Shown here: one piece after another, positions 21,041 through 35,950 of the stretch | Numbering within the stretch: position 1 is the first letter of the stretch | How the letters are laid out: every line of letters begins with the position of its first letter | DNA from: Schizochytrium sp. TIO01 | Lineage: Eukaryota > Protista > Bigyra: Labyrinthulomycetes | Length of the DNA stretch: 64,000 bases | Reading direction: 5' to 3' | Assembly: GCA_004764695.1 (NCBI GenBank) | Contig: SMSO01000025.1 | Location: forward strand, 3,906,001 to 3,970,000 | The notes under the pieces: generated by a model | What the model was told of the DNA's origin: nothing | The model's database searches: none | The model's input: the letters and a program-made list of their open reading frames with translations, nothing else | Made by a program: the position numbers and the translations under genes

Positions 21041-23166
21041 AGTGGACGGGCAGCACGGAGACAGATATTGATTTGCTTGCTTCGTCTCCTTCCATATAAT
21101 TTTTCTAACAACTCAAAAAAAGATTATTTTACCATTTTCTTTGTTTATTTTTTAACGAAAGACATCTACAATCGCAGAGATGGCTGCGATTTGGCCTTCC
21201 AAAGCAGAAATTAGATCTGACGTTGGTAAGTTTAAACAAATTAGGTTACCTTTGCGTAGTTGAAGGGCCCTCTGCTCAATCTCAATGTTAGGATCTACTA
21301 AGGCGGAGCATTTTCTTGGATAATTTGAGAAAACATCAAGATGAAGTGATCTTTCTGATTCGAGGGTTGGTGAATAAACCCTTGCGCCTAAAATAATATC
21401 CGGCAAAAAGGATGATTTTGCTTGCTAGTACATTTAAATAAAAGGTGAATAGCTCGTTTATATTGCAATCTATCCAATCATTAAAACGGAGATGTTTTAC
21501 TTTTTAGCCAGGCTAAAATAATGTTCGATCTGAATATGGAGTTCAAGATGTTGGTAAGACACGAACAGATCGTGAAGCTATTTTTTTTTTAAAGATGAAA
21601 TATAATTCATTTTTGCCTAACGTGAGATTGTCTATTCATTTTAGTGAAATAAAGCAGGGGCTTGCATACTTTGGATTGCCTAAACCATTCTTTTCAATAC
21701 TTTTATTTGCTTTTTTTACATCATGATGCAGGCGAGGTTGTTTTGATGAGGGATTCCTTAACTAGCTTTTGATCAGATAGAAGTCTTCGGAAAGTGACGG
21801 AGTGGAAGTAAAAGAAAAAATCTGATGTTTTAATTCATCTGTAGTTTATTACAAGCGTGTAGAGAGTTTCCCCATTTTAAAAATACAGTGATCGGTTAAG
21901 ACTCCACACAGCTGAGCATCAGCAAAACTACCACTTTATAGCATGCATGGCATATCTTTTGTAGCAAGGATCATGGTGGCGGCTTGATGTACATCCTTGA
22001 AATGTTGTCACACGCTCCAGGACCCACCCCTCATGAATAAGAGCATTCCCAAAGGAACAAGGAGTGATACCTCTTAACAGGTATGGTGACAGATGAATCT
22101 CTGCTCAGCATGAATAGTAGATTAGGAATAAAATGCTCGTATGGAATCTTCTTGCTTCCACCCGACTAATTGAAGAATCATGTGCAGCATTGTAAACGTC
22201 TGAGAAGGGATATGATTAGACCTAGAGAGCTAGACAGAAGTCGAAACAAAAGTATCGAAAGCTGAATTGAAAATGCCCAATAGGATGCTAAAAGCCAATA
22301 TCTTAATTGATACATGAGGAGGCAAGCAAATCGAACCTCTCCAAATTTGTATGAAGTAGATCATGTAAAATGAGTTTCTTCACGGTGAAACTCAGCACAG
22401 AATTGACAGATCTCAAACTATCAAAGTCTAAGGTTACCATGCCTTCCTAAGTCTTCAATCTAAGGAAGGATCTTGACTTCGTGGTGCCAATCAACTTACT
22501 TGAGTTTTCACAAGTGAAACGCAAGGGATTTTCAGCAGCAAAAGTTCTAAGTAACTACCAAGGAATGAGACTCCCTCAGCGTTCGTTTCATGCCAAGATA
22601 TCATTTCACTGTAAAAGTTAAAGAAAGCTACTATCACTGCCTCAATGCACAGGTTTTGGCAAAAATGGTTTCATCATATAAGGTCTTGTTTTTCGCCTAT
22701 CCTACATCTCTTTAAATCCAAACTTAAAATAGGAAATAGTTCTATCAAAATTTCAAAAAAAGGATAGGACGAAGATCTGATATTTCAAAAAATAGTAGGT
22801 TTTGTTTAAAGGGAGAGTCTTTTTGAAGTTATTTAGTTAGAGTTGTCGGTGTGGTGATGCAAATGCATTTTTGTTTGGACAGGTAGAAAGCCTCTGCTAC
22901 ATCATCATTGGAATTTCATCATTAAAACCTGAGGGATGATAGAAGAAAGAAAGCTTGCTGAGGGTGCGCACGAACAACGAACATGGCGTTGCAGAGTAGT
23001 ATTTACCAATAATGATTTATTGATGGGGAGGAGCCTTGTTATTTCGTATCGCACAACGTGCATACGAGAAAAGTCAGCCATGAGCGAGAGAAAGCTAAGA
23101 CATCAAACAATAAATTTCATCCTCTATGCTAGTCTCAAGAGGGTCGAAAATGCTTGTGTACCAATA

Positions 23167-24292
23167 CTACTTGGAGGCGGAAGAGTTTGCAGCGTCTGCA
23201 GCCATTGTCGCCGCAGCGGCACTGAGTACTTTAGAGGTTCCGTTTTGCACAGCGTTCTTGGTAGCATCCTGGTGACTGCTATCTCCCGTAGCAAAGGCAT
23301 CGGTGTCGGATTTGAGTTTCTTCATGGGTTGACCATCCGCAGAGGCTTCACGGCCAAGCAAAGATGTGCCAAGTTGACCCGCGTCCTCGCTAGCCGGGCG
23401 TTTGGTGCCAACCTTATCTGAATCGGTTGTTTTAGTGGAGGATTTGCTTTCAATAAAGTCCCTGAGCATGAGCTCAAGGCGCCGGAAGTTGGCGACATCA
23501 ATGCGATCGACGAGAATATCTACATCGTCACTTGAACGCTTTCTTAATGCGGATTCACAGGTTTCCTCAATGTTGACAATGAACTCACCGAGCTGGGCTT
23601 CATCAATTTCGTAAATGAGACGGCAGAATTCTGCGACTTCCTTTTGTGAGGGCGTCTTACCAGTCTTGGCAGTACGAGACGTCGAGGTAACACTAGCAGC
23701 TGAGGATGTTACCTTCTCACTGTTTGGATCAAGCTTCTTGTGCACTCGGGACATGTCACGGTCAAATTTGCGCTTCAACTTCAGGGCAACCTTGTACAAA
23801 TCGGACCCATCCGCATTGTATGCCATGCAGTTGCTCCACACGAGGCGCATATGCCGCACAAACTCATCAAGGTCAGCATACTTTTGCTGGTCGAGATTCT
23901 GCTTAATGGTGCCGAGATCCATAGGCTCCTTCACAATCTTTGGATAGTCCGGCAGATCCCATTCTTTCCACAACACAGGCTCACGGAATGGGTCTGTTTC
24001 ACATTTACCACGATGTTAATTTTTTTGCAAATACATTACATCATTAGCATTTAAGGAAAGGTCCCCATGTTAGTTGAATCAAGCTCCTGTTAATTAGCAT
24101 CAAATGTATTCTAAACCCAGTATAATTAGAAGGAATATCTTTCAGGAATGCAAAAACACAAATGCCCAGTAAATATTGAGCATTGTGCATTTTCACGAAG
24201 AAATCGAACTTACCTGACTCCGGGTCGGTGATGAATTTGTCCACAAGGCGGTAGGCCTCAGACTGCCAGGTCACTTCCGGCGTCTTGCCCAT
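23167..24292 (-). CDS. Bromodomain plus ET(NET)-domain protein (BET/GTE-like), two exons: 24292-24214 and 23993-23167
   Basis: Exon 1 MGKTPEVTWQSEAYRLVDKFITDPES ends at a G|GTAAGT donor; the acceptor AAACAG|AC restores DPFREPVLWKEWDLPDYPKIVKEPMDLGTI...VWSNCMAYN (bromodomain). ET-like segment EFCRLIYEIDEAQLGEFI...DVDILVDRID. Confidence 0.88.
23994..24213 (-). other. Spliceosomal GT-AG intron (220 nt, phase 1) in the bromodomain gene
   Basis: Minus strand begins GTAAGT and ends ACAG; AT-rich; splicing preserves the frame and completes the bromodomain. Confidence 0.85.
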
Positions 24293-27200
24293 CCTGAATA
24301 AGATTGTTTTCGAAGTGCTCTTTGTTTGAGGCAACAATTAAAAGGTGACAGTTCCAGCAACCCTGCCTTTAACGCAAGAACTCCAAGTTATGCTAATAAA
24401 CTTATCGCCGGAGCCAGAGAAACCTTAAAGATCCTCCAGTGCGAAGATCCTAGAACAAGGGGCGCTCGAAAAACAGTTTCTCCACGTTACAGCGAGAGCA
24501 AACGAGAGCAAGCTGGAGCAAGAAAGACGACAAGCAGCCGACCTCGTTCTGAGTCCAATCGCGCAAAGCCTCGGCTGAGGTGTTCGGCTGGCGGCTTGTA
24601 GCAAGTTCTCTCCTTCTTGTGAAGATCGTTAGTCGCCTTGTGGAAGCACTGCGCAGACGGCAGCAGCTCCTCACTGCGCGGAGGGCGGCGGCCGGAGCTC
24701 GCTCGAGGCTGACTGCTGCCGCGGTGGTTGACCTTCTTCTCAAAATTAATCAAGGTCAGGCTTATCTGTTTCTGCTAGATACAACTACAGTCCAAGGTCC
24801 CACTGTCCTATGTGGGACCTACACTCATTGGCAAAGGCAAAGGCAAACATATGAAGAATAGGACCAAGCAGCGTTGGGAAAAAAGCGTTCTGTAAATGGT
24901 TTGGAACGGCTTGCAGGAGAACGAGGAGGTGTTCTGATGATATCGACAATTTAAGAACACAATAGAACGTACACCGCGGCGGGGTTTTAAAATGAAGGAT
25001 ATGATGAAGGAGGAAGGATATTCTGGTGTAAAGGTGGTCTGTCCTTGGAGTCGGGTGGAGAACTGGGCGGAAAGTGGTGCTCGCCGGAACGGAGAAGTGA
25101 AATAAATTCTCAGCGGAACTGTACTTGGTAAGGCTGGCTCCGTTGCGGGCGGGCGCCAGCGTGATGACACGGCCTCGGTCTTCTTTTCTTTTTCTCTCCT
25201 TCGATGAGCGGAGAAGCGGGTGAGCGTGGTGTCGAGGTCTACACGGAGGTCGAGGCCGGATGCTCTGATTCGTTTGCTTGACGATGTCGCTGTCTATCTA
25301 CAACGGGTCCCTCCCTCACCGAGGACTGACTGTTTGTTTGGCAATTGTCACCGGGTGGAGAAGAGGGAGGTGGCATGATTCGACGTGTGCGTGAGAAGCT
25401 AGCAGAGGGAGAGAGAGTGAGATACCTGAAGTATGATGGAGGTGCAAAAAGTGATGTTTTTAGAGGATGCCCTTTTGAGGTGCTAAGCCCTTGTTCTCTG
25501 AAGAAGTGATGTCATCGCCGACGTAGTGGTATTTGAGATCTTAGTGGATTTATACCAATTTTGATCTTACGAGCAGTAGCTCTAGCGCCAGCACCGTAAT
25601 ACTAAAGTTGCAGTGTATCCAACTCCCCGTTCGTTATGAATGATTATGTTGCTATGTTGTATGCCCTGGCTTATGCGGAAGCATCGCACCAACTGTTTGA
25701 GGAAGAACTGGACTTGAAGAAGCTCAAAGCGCATGGGAGTCTGGAGGCTAAACACAGTGCTATCAAAGTTTTTTCCCATCCCCTCAGAACTCGACAGGTA
25801 TGCCAAGAATACAAAACTAATTCGATTGTTCGTAATCTCGAGATGGTGCGAAGCAAACTGACTCAACTGAAGAAAGTATATTGAAGAGCTAAAGTCAAAT
25901 TAATCTATCGAACTTACAGCCCAAAGTGATTGAAGGTTGAAATCTTGCCACGAATATAAATACATTTACATCATTTAAAGCTACCCTTGCCGGTCAGAAT
26001 CTTAGCGCTATTTGAATTTAAACCTTTAGTTTACTATAGAAAATGCTACAAGTACAAAGAATCAGTTGACAAAAGAAAAGTACGGAAGAAAGTATAACGA
26101 TCACGAAGAAAACGCTCCAAATTCTTCTCGGTTATATACTGCATAAAAGTATTGAAGACTCACTTCAACAAAATATCAGAATAGTCCACGTATGCAAAAC
26201 GCCAAACTGGCGCTGCTCGATTAAAACACATCATTTGGTCAAGCTTATGAGTTTAGATGGGATGAAATTAACCTTTGATCGATACCAAATTTAGACACTC
26301 AGGAAATTTCAGCCAAGGCAATGTCTGATAAAGTGAGAAAAGACTTCAAAAAATTTGCTTGGTCGCTAACAGTTTCTTACACGAAGGAAATATGTATATA
26401 TTTTTACTTTTATTTATTACAATTTTCTAAAAACAGTTTATAAAACCTCTCACACCGCACCCGTCGAGCAAGACATTTCTTCCAATGTTGCGAAGGAAGT
26501 AAACGCACGCTGCGTTATTTGAGTGCCTAACGTCAATTACAGGAAACATGTAACAAGGACTTTAGTAATGTCATTGTTTTCAAGGAAACCTTATGGATTT
26601 CACTTTCTTCATCAAATTGGCCAAGAATATTATTAGATGACTGTAATATCATTGGGGGACTCCCTGAGACGTATTTGTTGGTCAAAACTTCATTCGCTTC
26701 TTGGTATTGGTAGAAAATCATTTGAAAGAGACTTTAGTTTATGAAAAACAAAAACAAAAGAAAACTTCATAATTTATGAAGCGGCTTTTCGAACAGATTT
26801 TTCTTTCCTAGGAAGTATCTCTCTCGTGATGGACTTCAAGCACACATGGATGCACTGTTTGTGTCTTGCTCAGCTCACTTCAGGCTTTTGCCTTGAAAGA
26901 TGGCATTCTCACCTCAATGTTATGGAATGAATGAGAACTTAAGTGCAATTCAAATTCCGCGAAATATATAATTGTGCGCAAGGAAGACTATGCGTAGTAG
27001 TTACCAAAAAATGCAATCTTCATTTCTGTCGCAGTCTATGTTTATTTCGCTTCTGCTTCTCTTCTGCTTCATTTATATATTGTATTCAAAAGTAAAATAA
27101 AGTATTAGGGTGCGAGGAAACTTTTAACATCCTTTGAAACCAACAGAAATTACTCTCCTCACGTCCCTCTTGAAGGCAACAACTATCCTTTTTTCTGTTT

Positions 27201-30200
27201 TTCAGGTTGCTCATATGAAGTTGTTTAGGGTCTATTTGAAGGAATTTATTATGCTGCTGGTTACTTATTCCCAGCTCGCTTACTTCTCGTCCATCATGAG
27301 TAACGCAAATTAATTTCTCAAGGACCTTTAAAGAAGTTTACTCACGTAAATGCATTGTTAACTCAGTGGCGTCAGATCTAGAGGACCAATAGAGCTTGAA
27401 GGTAAACTTTGAAGTACTACGCCCTGCTTCAGCTCTATGAATCGGGCATTTTCCTTCTTTTTTTCAAATGTTTTGATTCAGGTGTAGAAAGGGGGATGCT
27501 GGCACAACAAAGTGTAGAAAATAATGCTTATGGCTAGATGCCGCATCTTTACAATGAGTTCTCAAGCATAGCATATAAAGTAGTACCTACTAGTATAGCT
27601 CGTAGTTTGCTTTAGTTGAAATGGGCGGGCCTTTTTATGGTATTGGCTTGAAATTTTCTGCGGTGCTGGCGAATAAACTTTTTGTTATTTTCTTTTGTCT
27701 ACCACCTATACGAAGTCTTACGGGATACCATAGAAGTAAGCGTTGAAGTTGTATAGTTATGCGCGCTTGGGTGCGGTCATCAAGGTGCAGGCCAGACGTG
27801 AGGAATATTAATCAAGCCGAACGGAGAAATTGTGATATACTTTCTTTTCAGCCTAGGTAGCTAGCTCTCAAAGCGCCTTTCTGATCCAAGAGCCAACATC
27901 GTAGCCTCAGCATTGATTATTTCCAACTTGAACTGATGTTCTCCGAACCGAGTTGTTTGATACAGTAGGTGGAGGGTTCATTTGCTACCTCAGCTACAAC
28001 TAAACCATCTGCCTTCCAAGCTGTATTCGAACTGTACTCTTTGTTGCTCGCAGCTGCCACAAGACATATTTGCAGTTTCACATGCAAACCAAATTTCTGA
28101 AATATTGCATTCGACGGGATTCAATTTAAAGATATTAAAAATGGATGGCGAAATTCGCATTTATAATCGCGAGAAGATACAAGTCATCACTGATGACAGA
28201 CATGATGAAACTGCGAACAGCTCGGTCGCTATGAAGTATTTTGTTTCATACTGGACTCACCGAGGATTTCATAGAGTGATTTCCCGCGTCTGGATTCCAA
28301 GTATTGCATTCTCCCATGAAACGTTCGCTCGAACACAAAGCATGCGCTTCGCATAAGAAGGAATCCATATACAAACCAATACAATCAGCTTAACCGGATG
28401 GAGGGTCTGGTGATCATCGTATTGAGGTCTCCTAGATCCCGTTTCCCTTTAAAGGCACTTGGCAATGACGAACAGTAAGCCGTGTGTTCGGTAGATCGAA
28501 TGCAATCTCTGGGAGAAAAGTGGGATTTCCCTCCACAAAGAGCCAAAAAATGAATCCTGCTGCACATTTAAAAAAAAAAAAAAAAAGGATGCTAACTTCA
28601 TTATGCGATAACAAAATACCAAGGTAGCGTGTTGTGATAGTTGGTGATATTTTAAAATCAACTGTACCCGACATGATGGCAAGAGTCGTATACCACCAAA
28701 CCACTTTTAATTAAAATACCTGCTGCACGGTGTGTTCTGAATTACTTATTAAAAACCCTTTTGAAATTTTAAGTTTTAATTAAAAATGAATTAAATAATT
28801 AACTTGAAAGAAGGACTATTAAAGATAACAATATCAACATCTCATGCAAAGGGGTTGTCAGTTTGAGCATGTATATACACTCCGACTTCCCTTGTCATAG
28901 TACAGGTTGTGGTGTTTCTGGTTGCCTAGATAGATAGATAGGTGTTTAGAGACTCATCTAACCACCCCTGTATAATAGACTCAAATAACATATCAATTTC
29001 CAATTTTGAGAGTGCTGCCATGAGCAATTATTGGAACCTTTTGCCATCACAATAGCCATTTATTATTTATTTTTTTTAATAAAATAAAAAAATAAATAAA
29101 AAGAGTTTTAAAATGCAAATAAACAAAAAACGTTTCATTAGAAACCATGTTCTAAAAACCTTTTTTTAACCTTTAAAAAAGTGAAGACGCTTGAAGCGGT
29201 CTGCAATCAGACGAGCATATGGAGACACACACATGCGAAGTGAAGGTGTTATGGCAAAGTATCGACTGCTGCTATTGTGCAGACTTTTAGTTATACAACA
29301 ATCTTCAACAAGTTAAGTACTCGCAGTAGTTTTGCGCTGAGATCGAGGTCTCTTTCAAGAAATATAGCAAGTCTGGCTACTACTTTATCCAAATCTAAAA
29401 GGCTCAGGCGTGCCAGTGCCGCCGTGCCCTTCTTTCCGGATGGTTCTCCACCACGAGTTTAGCAGCCGTTCTTTTGGCTTCACACCGGAACACGTTTTGA
29501 ACGACTCATACGAATAATGAGGGAAAAAAAAGACAAGTCTACCAGAGTCTTCAAACTTCGCCAATCTACTACAGGGATTCGATCCTAGAGTTAGTGTTAG
29601 TAACCTTATTAGTGCTTGCGATTTGAAAAAAAAAGGAGGGAAAAAGGCCGTAGTAGTAGTAGTAATAATAATAGCAGTAGTAGTAACAGTAGTAGTAGTA
29701 GTGAATAGCAACTTATTACTCGGAGTAACCGAGGCTTTAAGTTTCATAGATAATGATGTTTTTTTATTTTAAAAGAAATGGAAAATGAAACCAAAAACAG
29801 CCACGTGTAAAGAGCAAACTTGAAAGCGTTCTACTTTTTCATGGTGGATTTGGCCAACCAAGTTGGGGAAGGGGATGCATAAAACTCAGGTGGAGCAACG
29901 CGGTGCTTCTGTAGATTGATCTGGGTTTCTTTTTGAGTTGTTGTTTGCAGGTTCATAGCGACGAGAACTTTTTTCTCAATATTTGCGAGAAGTGCGGGCA
30001 AGATACGCAAGATTGGGCACACGCTTTGACTCCTCGGGCGAAAGAATTTCATCGATCTATCTATCCACTATGTGAGTAAGTGAGCAAGTGGACAGTCTGA
30101 AAAGCCAAGCAGAGCAAAAGCTGCAAGACTGAACATCAAACGATGAGCAGAAAAGGAACATGATAGGTTCAATGAATGGGTGGTTCATATGGGATCTTTG

Positions 30201-33200
30201 GCCAGCAATTGCGAGCAATTTACAAAACCTTGCCCAAGCTGCTCGAAGATGCTCCGTGGAAGACACTTTCACTTATAAGGAGAGAGTTTATCTAGTGACT
30301 TAAGCCTCGCGAAATGAGGCTTCAAGGTGCCAACTGTTTCGCTTCTCCCCCGTATTTCACTTGGACGGATTTCCTCATTTTATATTGCTCAATTATGACC
30401 TTACTCTTTCTGGTATTTTGATCTTTGAAGAAAAATATCTTAACAAAAACATTTTTCAGAAAAGTGGAAAGTTAATCTTTCTTCATCCAATGTATAAAAG
30501 AATGGTTTCTGGCTACTCTGTAAGATTAAAATATAGACAACACACAAGCATTGACAGATGTGCTGTAAAATGGGCAAATGCGCAGTTATGTACTCGGTGT
30601 TTAGGGTACTGTTGCTCTTCATGTTAGACACACTAGCATCCTATGGTGGCATGTTTGCATCGAAAAAAGGGAGGCACTAGGTTGCCGCTCGGAGCGCAGA
30701 TTTTCAGTTCTACGTATTTTTATTAGTCTAAAAAAGAAAAATCTCATTGGAAAATATTTTTAGATTCAAAGAAATGAAGAATGTTTTCAATTTAGGAGGT
30801 TGAACCTATTTTTGACACTAAAAGTTGTATTTAAACATTGAAAAGGTACTACCTACCCTCTAGTTTTCCCTAAGTAGACTGTTGTCACTCTCACTAGTTA
30901 GAGGTACTTAGTTTTAAAACATTTAGAAACCTCAAGCTAAAACAACTACTTATCGTTGTGTTCAAATGCTTTTCCTGGTACCAGAGGGTAAGTAAATACC
31001 TACCTAGTTCATGCTATGTAGGAAAACAAAAAGCTAACACATGCATGAACTGTCAACACAAGAAAGGAGGAAAACAACAGATTCATAATCGGGATTTAAA
31101 ACATTAGTCAATGTTTAATATGTAGTTGTCTGTATGATTACTTTCTACAGCCCCAGCGACGTCCTCTTTGCAAGAATTTTTTTGCCAACGTGATTCCAAG
31201 CATTCTGGTCACATCCAGACCTCTTCGGGGACTCTTCTTTGGGGACCTCTTAAAAGTCCTATTATAACTTTTATTTTAAAGGCAGCAAGAATATGTTATT
31301 CTTTTTGAAGAACTATGGGTTCTGATCGCAGATGAAAAGGGACTAATTTGATCAACTTCAATATCATAAACATAGATATCTACGTACTAGCCCATCAGAA
31401 ACTTGAGCGGGGAATAATCGAGCAGGATCCTTTTTGCTGATCACGATGGGAAATATTTCGGAGAGCTTTAAATGAATAAACGCAGTGAGTATCTTTCATC
31501 TTTAGTACTACTTCGTTTTCTTTTTCATCTTTTTCATTTTTTTCATTGATAGGGTTAGAGGTTTGTATAGTTTATATCTTAAGAGCTATGCAGTCAACTC
31601 CAGTGCTTCACAAACATCTGTATTGAATTACTCCTCACGTTTCAGTCTTCGCAACTTTGGGGGAAAAAAATAGAAATGCACCGTTGTTTTATAGCAGTTA
31701 TATGTCGGTATATCCCGCCTAGCACTCTGCGTGAGTACCATTCGTCCACGGAGGCTTAGCAACGTTTGCATTTGTGCGAAAGGCCATATTTCCTTTTCCT
31801 TTGTTTAATTTCCTAATTTGTGCAGCAAATATCGCTTTTGACGAAGCTGACTATGATTTTGCAACTGAGTGATGTACATTTACTTATCAAGATACGCAAT
31901 ACACTTCAAATAGCAGGTTTTTCTTAACAGAGAAACTAGCTAAACTGCGTAAATACGATTAGCTTAGATATCGCGGAGAGAAGGGTGTGTGGGAAAAAAA
32001 CAATCAACCCATTGACAAATCATCCTAAGGCATCGTTGTGAATAATATATTAGGACAGTTCTTACCTGAAGCTGCAACAATGAAATGTATTGGTGTAATA
32101 CAAAAATAAAAAATAAAAAATATTGCAACAACTCAGCATTTTGTCAACAAACCTTTCCCTAATTTGAGAGAATGCTGACAATGTCTAAGACAGGTATACT
32201 TGTTACAGCTTTCTTTTGTAGAAACATGACCCTTTCTATATATTGAATGGCCTGAAGCGGGTTCTTTCTGGTCGTTAGGAATGTCGAATACCTGAACTGG
32301 ATTATATCTAGGCTATTACATAATATTGAAAACCCCTAAAACCTATTCCAAGATCTCAGATATGGTGCTGTACTTTCCTATAGCGCCCACTCTTTTGGGG
32401 TGCAAATGGTAATTATAAAGGCATCAATCATCAGATAAAGGCCGTTTTCTCTGCGTCAGACCCGCTAATTACCCATGTCCGTGGAGGGTTTACGAGTCCA
32501 AGAAATCAAAATATCGAATTGAAATTCATCAATTAACAGTCGGTACCATTGCTGCTCGCTCCCCTAACTAACGACCTAAAGAACGAATTTAGTAAAGGAA
32601 ACAAACAACTATACATCTTGGACGGATACATATATGTATATATTTATGCTATAATTAGTTTTTCCGCTTCCTTGGTTTTCGAAAAGCTAATTCTTCTGTG
32701 TTTATTATTCCTACCTACCCTGTGTAAATTGAGCAGCAGAAAAAACGAAATATTGTTTTAAAAAAAACAAAAAAAAAACGTTTTTTTATTATTGCTATGT
32801 AAAAAAACGAGGGAAGGTGAAAACACGATCGCAGATTCTAAAATATGAGTCACGATAGCTATGCGGTGAGGAATTGTCTAACTACGTTAGAAACTGTGGT
32901 GCTGATTTGAGCCATCATTGCAACATCTATGTGATCAATTTTCCTGACCACATTACAGCACGTTGTCCCCGCTCCTAGCGTGAAAGATGCGGCGTTGTTA
33001 CTGTAGGAATCACGATGCTTTCCTCTCTATTAATCTAAAAAATTTTAATTAACAGAATTGATTTTTAATCAAGAGAAGAAAATTCAAATAAGCTTTTAAA
33101 ACTAAAAATAAGTAAATAAAAATGAATAGATGCGAATAAAGAGTTAAAGCATGAAAGGCTTGCCATGCTTTCTTTCCTGAACAATTCAAGCAACAAAAGT

Positions 33201-35872
33201 ATCACTAGTAGAGAGATACGCAAGTATTACCTAGGTTTATCAAATTCCAATGGCTGTTGTTTTATTTCTCTTACCTACTAGTACTTTTCATTATTGTTTA
33301 CCGAGCAAGGTAAAGTGAGTGTGAGCAACTCTTTTCTTTCATCTGTAGTCGCTGCGCGTTTTTCTTCAGGGGGGGTCTCAACCAATAGTAATTCCTATCC
33401 CAAACACCTAGTAATCCGTGCAAGCAAAAAAAAAGACGCGCAGACGACGGAAAAGCGACACCGCAAAACTAAAAAACCAAAAAATAATTCGATGAAAAGT
33501 CACTTTTGTAACAAATAAGAAAAGGGAACGACGAAAAAGAAAGAGAGAGAAAGAGTCTCTGACCCAAGCTACAGGAGACCTATGGGAAACACCTAGAAGT
33601 GCTCCTGTGATTGTGATTGTTTTGGCTTTGAGGTTTTACCCAAGCTAAAAGTGTTCAACTTAATTCCTCTAACTAGAGAGAGAGGTGCAATAGCTAGCTA
33701 GGTACACAACCTACTGCATAGCTCTAGGTGCGAGCCGCAGATGATCGTCCGCCCTACCAGCTTGTCTATAGATCTCATGCCTCTCTACTGACAGGGTATC
33801 TATCGGGTATGGTCATTCATTCGTACATTCACGTCCTTTGAGCAAAGAGCTGTTCAAACCTTGTGATTTCTTTCTTTCCATTGTGGTACTCATTATACAG
33901 TGCCTACTACTACTTTAACCAAAACGGGGCAATAACAATATAGCAAGGAGGTGTGAAGAAAGAAAAGCCAACTTAGAAAAGACGAGACGAGCGAGGTGGA
34001 AAATAACAAACCGTGGAAAACAGAAAAAAAGAAAAGCTAAAAAGAGAACACTACCATACATGCGTACGTACATCTACATATTATATATCTATTTACATGC
34101 ATATACACAGACATACATAAACAAAAGGTTTGGAGGCCGCCGACGATGAGGGTGTTTATCGAAAGATAGCGAGCTAGTGATGGTGGTCTAATACTGTGGA
34201 GCATCGAAAAGAAAGAAGCCACTTCTGTGGCATCGCATGTAGATTTCCACAGATTTGTAGGTCATCAGCAGTCTTCGCTTTCTAAGTCGCCAATTGCAAC
34301 ACTAACCACGGGACCCCTTCGCACACTTTGCATTGCAAACCTGCTACAAGTATTACAGTGCGCCCTGCGCTATCTTATGCTACCTGCCTAAGTTTTAACT
34401 TCTGTTGATAGCGCAAGCGCAATTATGGTTAGAATGAGACTATGATGAAAGGGGTTTAGAAAGAAGAATAAAGAAAAGACAACGCATGATCTTGGAGAGA
34501 TCGTATAAAAATACGAAAGAAAAGAAGAGAAAAGAAAAGGCAATCAATTCTCTCACGTGAGCCACTGATAAAATGTGGAGATGTAATGAAGCAGCGTCTT
34601 ACAGCTGGTTGTGAAATGTAGGCGTATTGAGAAAATATGGTTTTCGAGGGATCTTCAGTAGGCACAGATCGTGAGAACATAATGTACTTATAGCGTTTGC
34701 TCGCTCGCTTGGTTTTAGATTGCTGCTTTAGCAGGTGCTAGGTCCATCTGCTGGACTGATGACGAGCATAAACCTAGGCTTAGCTGAGTTTAGGATCGAC
34801 AAGTGTTTCATAAATTCAATTTGGGGCGGCTGTTTACTTTATCTACGACAGAGTTCTGCCCTTATGGTGGAGTCGAGCGAAGTGTTGTTGTCATATCATC
34901 ATTCTATCGAGTGATTTCGATTTCCAAGAAATGTGAGTGAGATAATTCGTGACGATGCTTTGTAAAAGTGAAAATTTTGCCAAAGTCTCAGGATGGCGTG
35001 TCAGTGAGTGAGAGTAGGGGGCAGGATAAAGTCCTGCCCTCCGAACAGGAGCGAGCAGAAACACCAGAGACGCCAATCACAGTCGATATCGTTGCTGCAG
35101 TGGATGGCGAGCTGGAATAAACAACTACATCACCATTTTGAACTCTACTAGAGAAAATTGCATCAACATCCTCATATTTCTAGCTAGATACACCAGAAAA
35201 TGGCACAGTGTTGCCTCCGAGCAAAGAGACATGTGGCTGCCTTGATATTTTAGAAGATCAAAACTTCGAGCAATTTCAGAAGGCATTTCATAGCAATCAT
35301 TTAAAGGAGCAATCAAACGACTGAATGACTGACTATGCGTTGAAGAGAGGTCGAGACAAAAAATGAAACTTGAAAAGCAGACCTAAGAAAAGAAAACACT
35401 TGTTTTCCTAGTCTTTGTTTCAAATTACGAAAAGTTATTGTTTTTTCTTTCCATGACAAACATTTCTTTTGGAGATTTCATTATTAGAAAACATATTATT
35501 ATAACGACGAGGAGAGGCCTATTTTAAAATTTAATACTTTGCTATAATAATAATTTAAAAAAGAAAAAAAAAAAGGGGGGGAAAGCAGAAAATGAGAAAA
35601 GAAAAGAAAAGAAAAGCAGGAGTGAGAGCCAACAAGTCAGTCTTGTTCTGTTGATGTGCTTCGCATTTCGTTTATTTCATCACACTCGATCCTCTTTCCA
35701 CTCATAGGTCTGAGAGGGGAAGCGAGAGAGCGCGAGAGAAGCGACAGAGAGAGGGAATGCATGCCATTGCACGAATGAAAGATTGGAGAGGAGTAGATTA
35801 CCACATAAACTGGAATCAATTTATGACTCGGATGATCATAAAAAGACAAATTGATAGATCAGCGGAGACGAG

Positions 35873-35950
35873 GAAAAGAAAAGAAAAGAAAAGAAAAGAG
35901 AAAAAGAAAAGAAAAGGAGAAAAGTAAAGAAAAGGAGAAAAGTAAAAGAC
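35873..35950. repeat. (GAAAA)n polypurine tract
   Basis: Directly visible; a shorter copy lies at 35594-35616. Confidence 0.85.

Noticed and set aside
25636-25884. 82-aa ATG ORF in the gene-poor interval
   Set aside because: No recognisable domain and weak codon bias; cannot be supported as a gene or pseudogene without a homology search.
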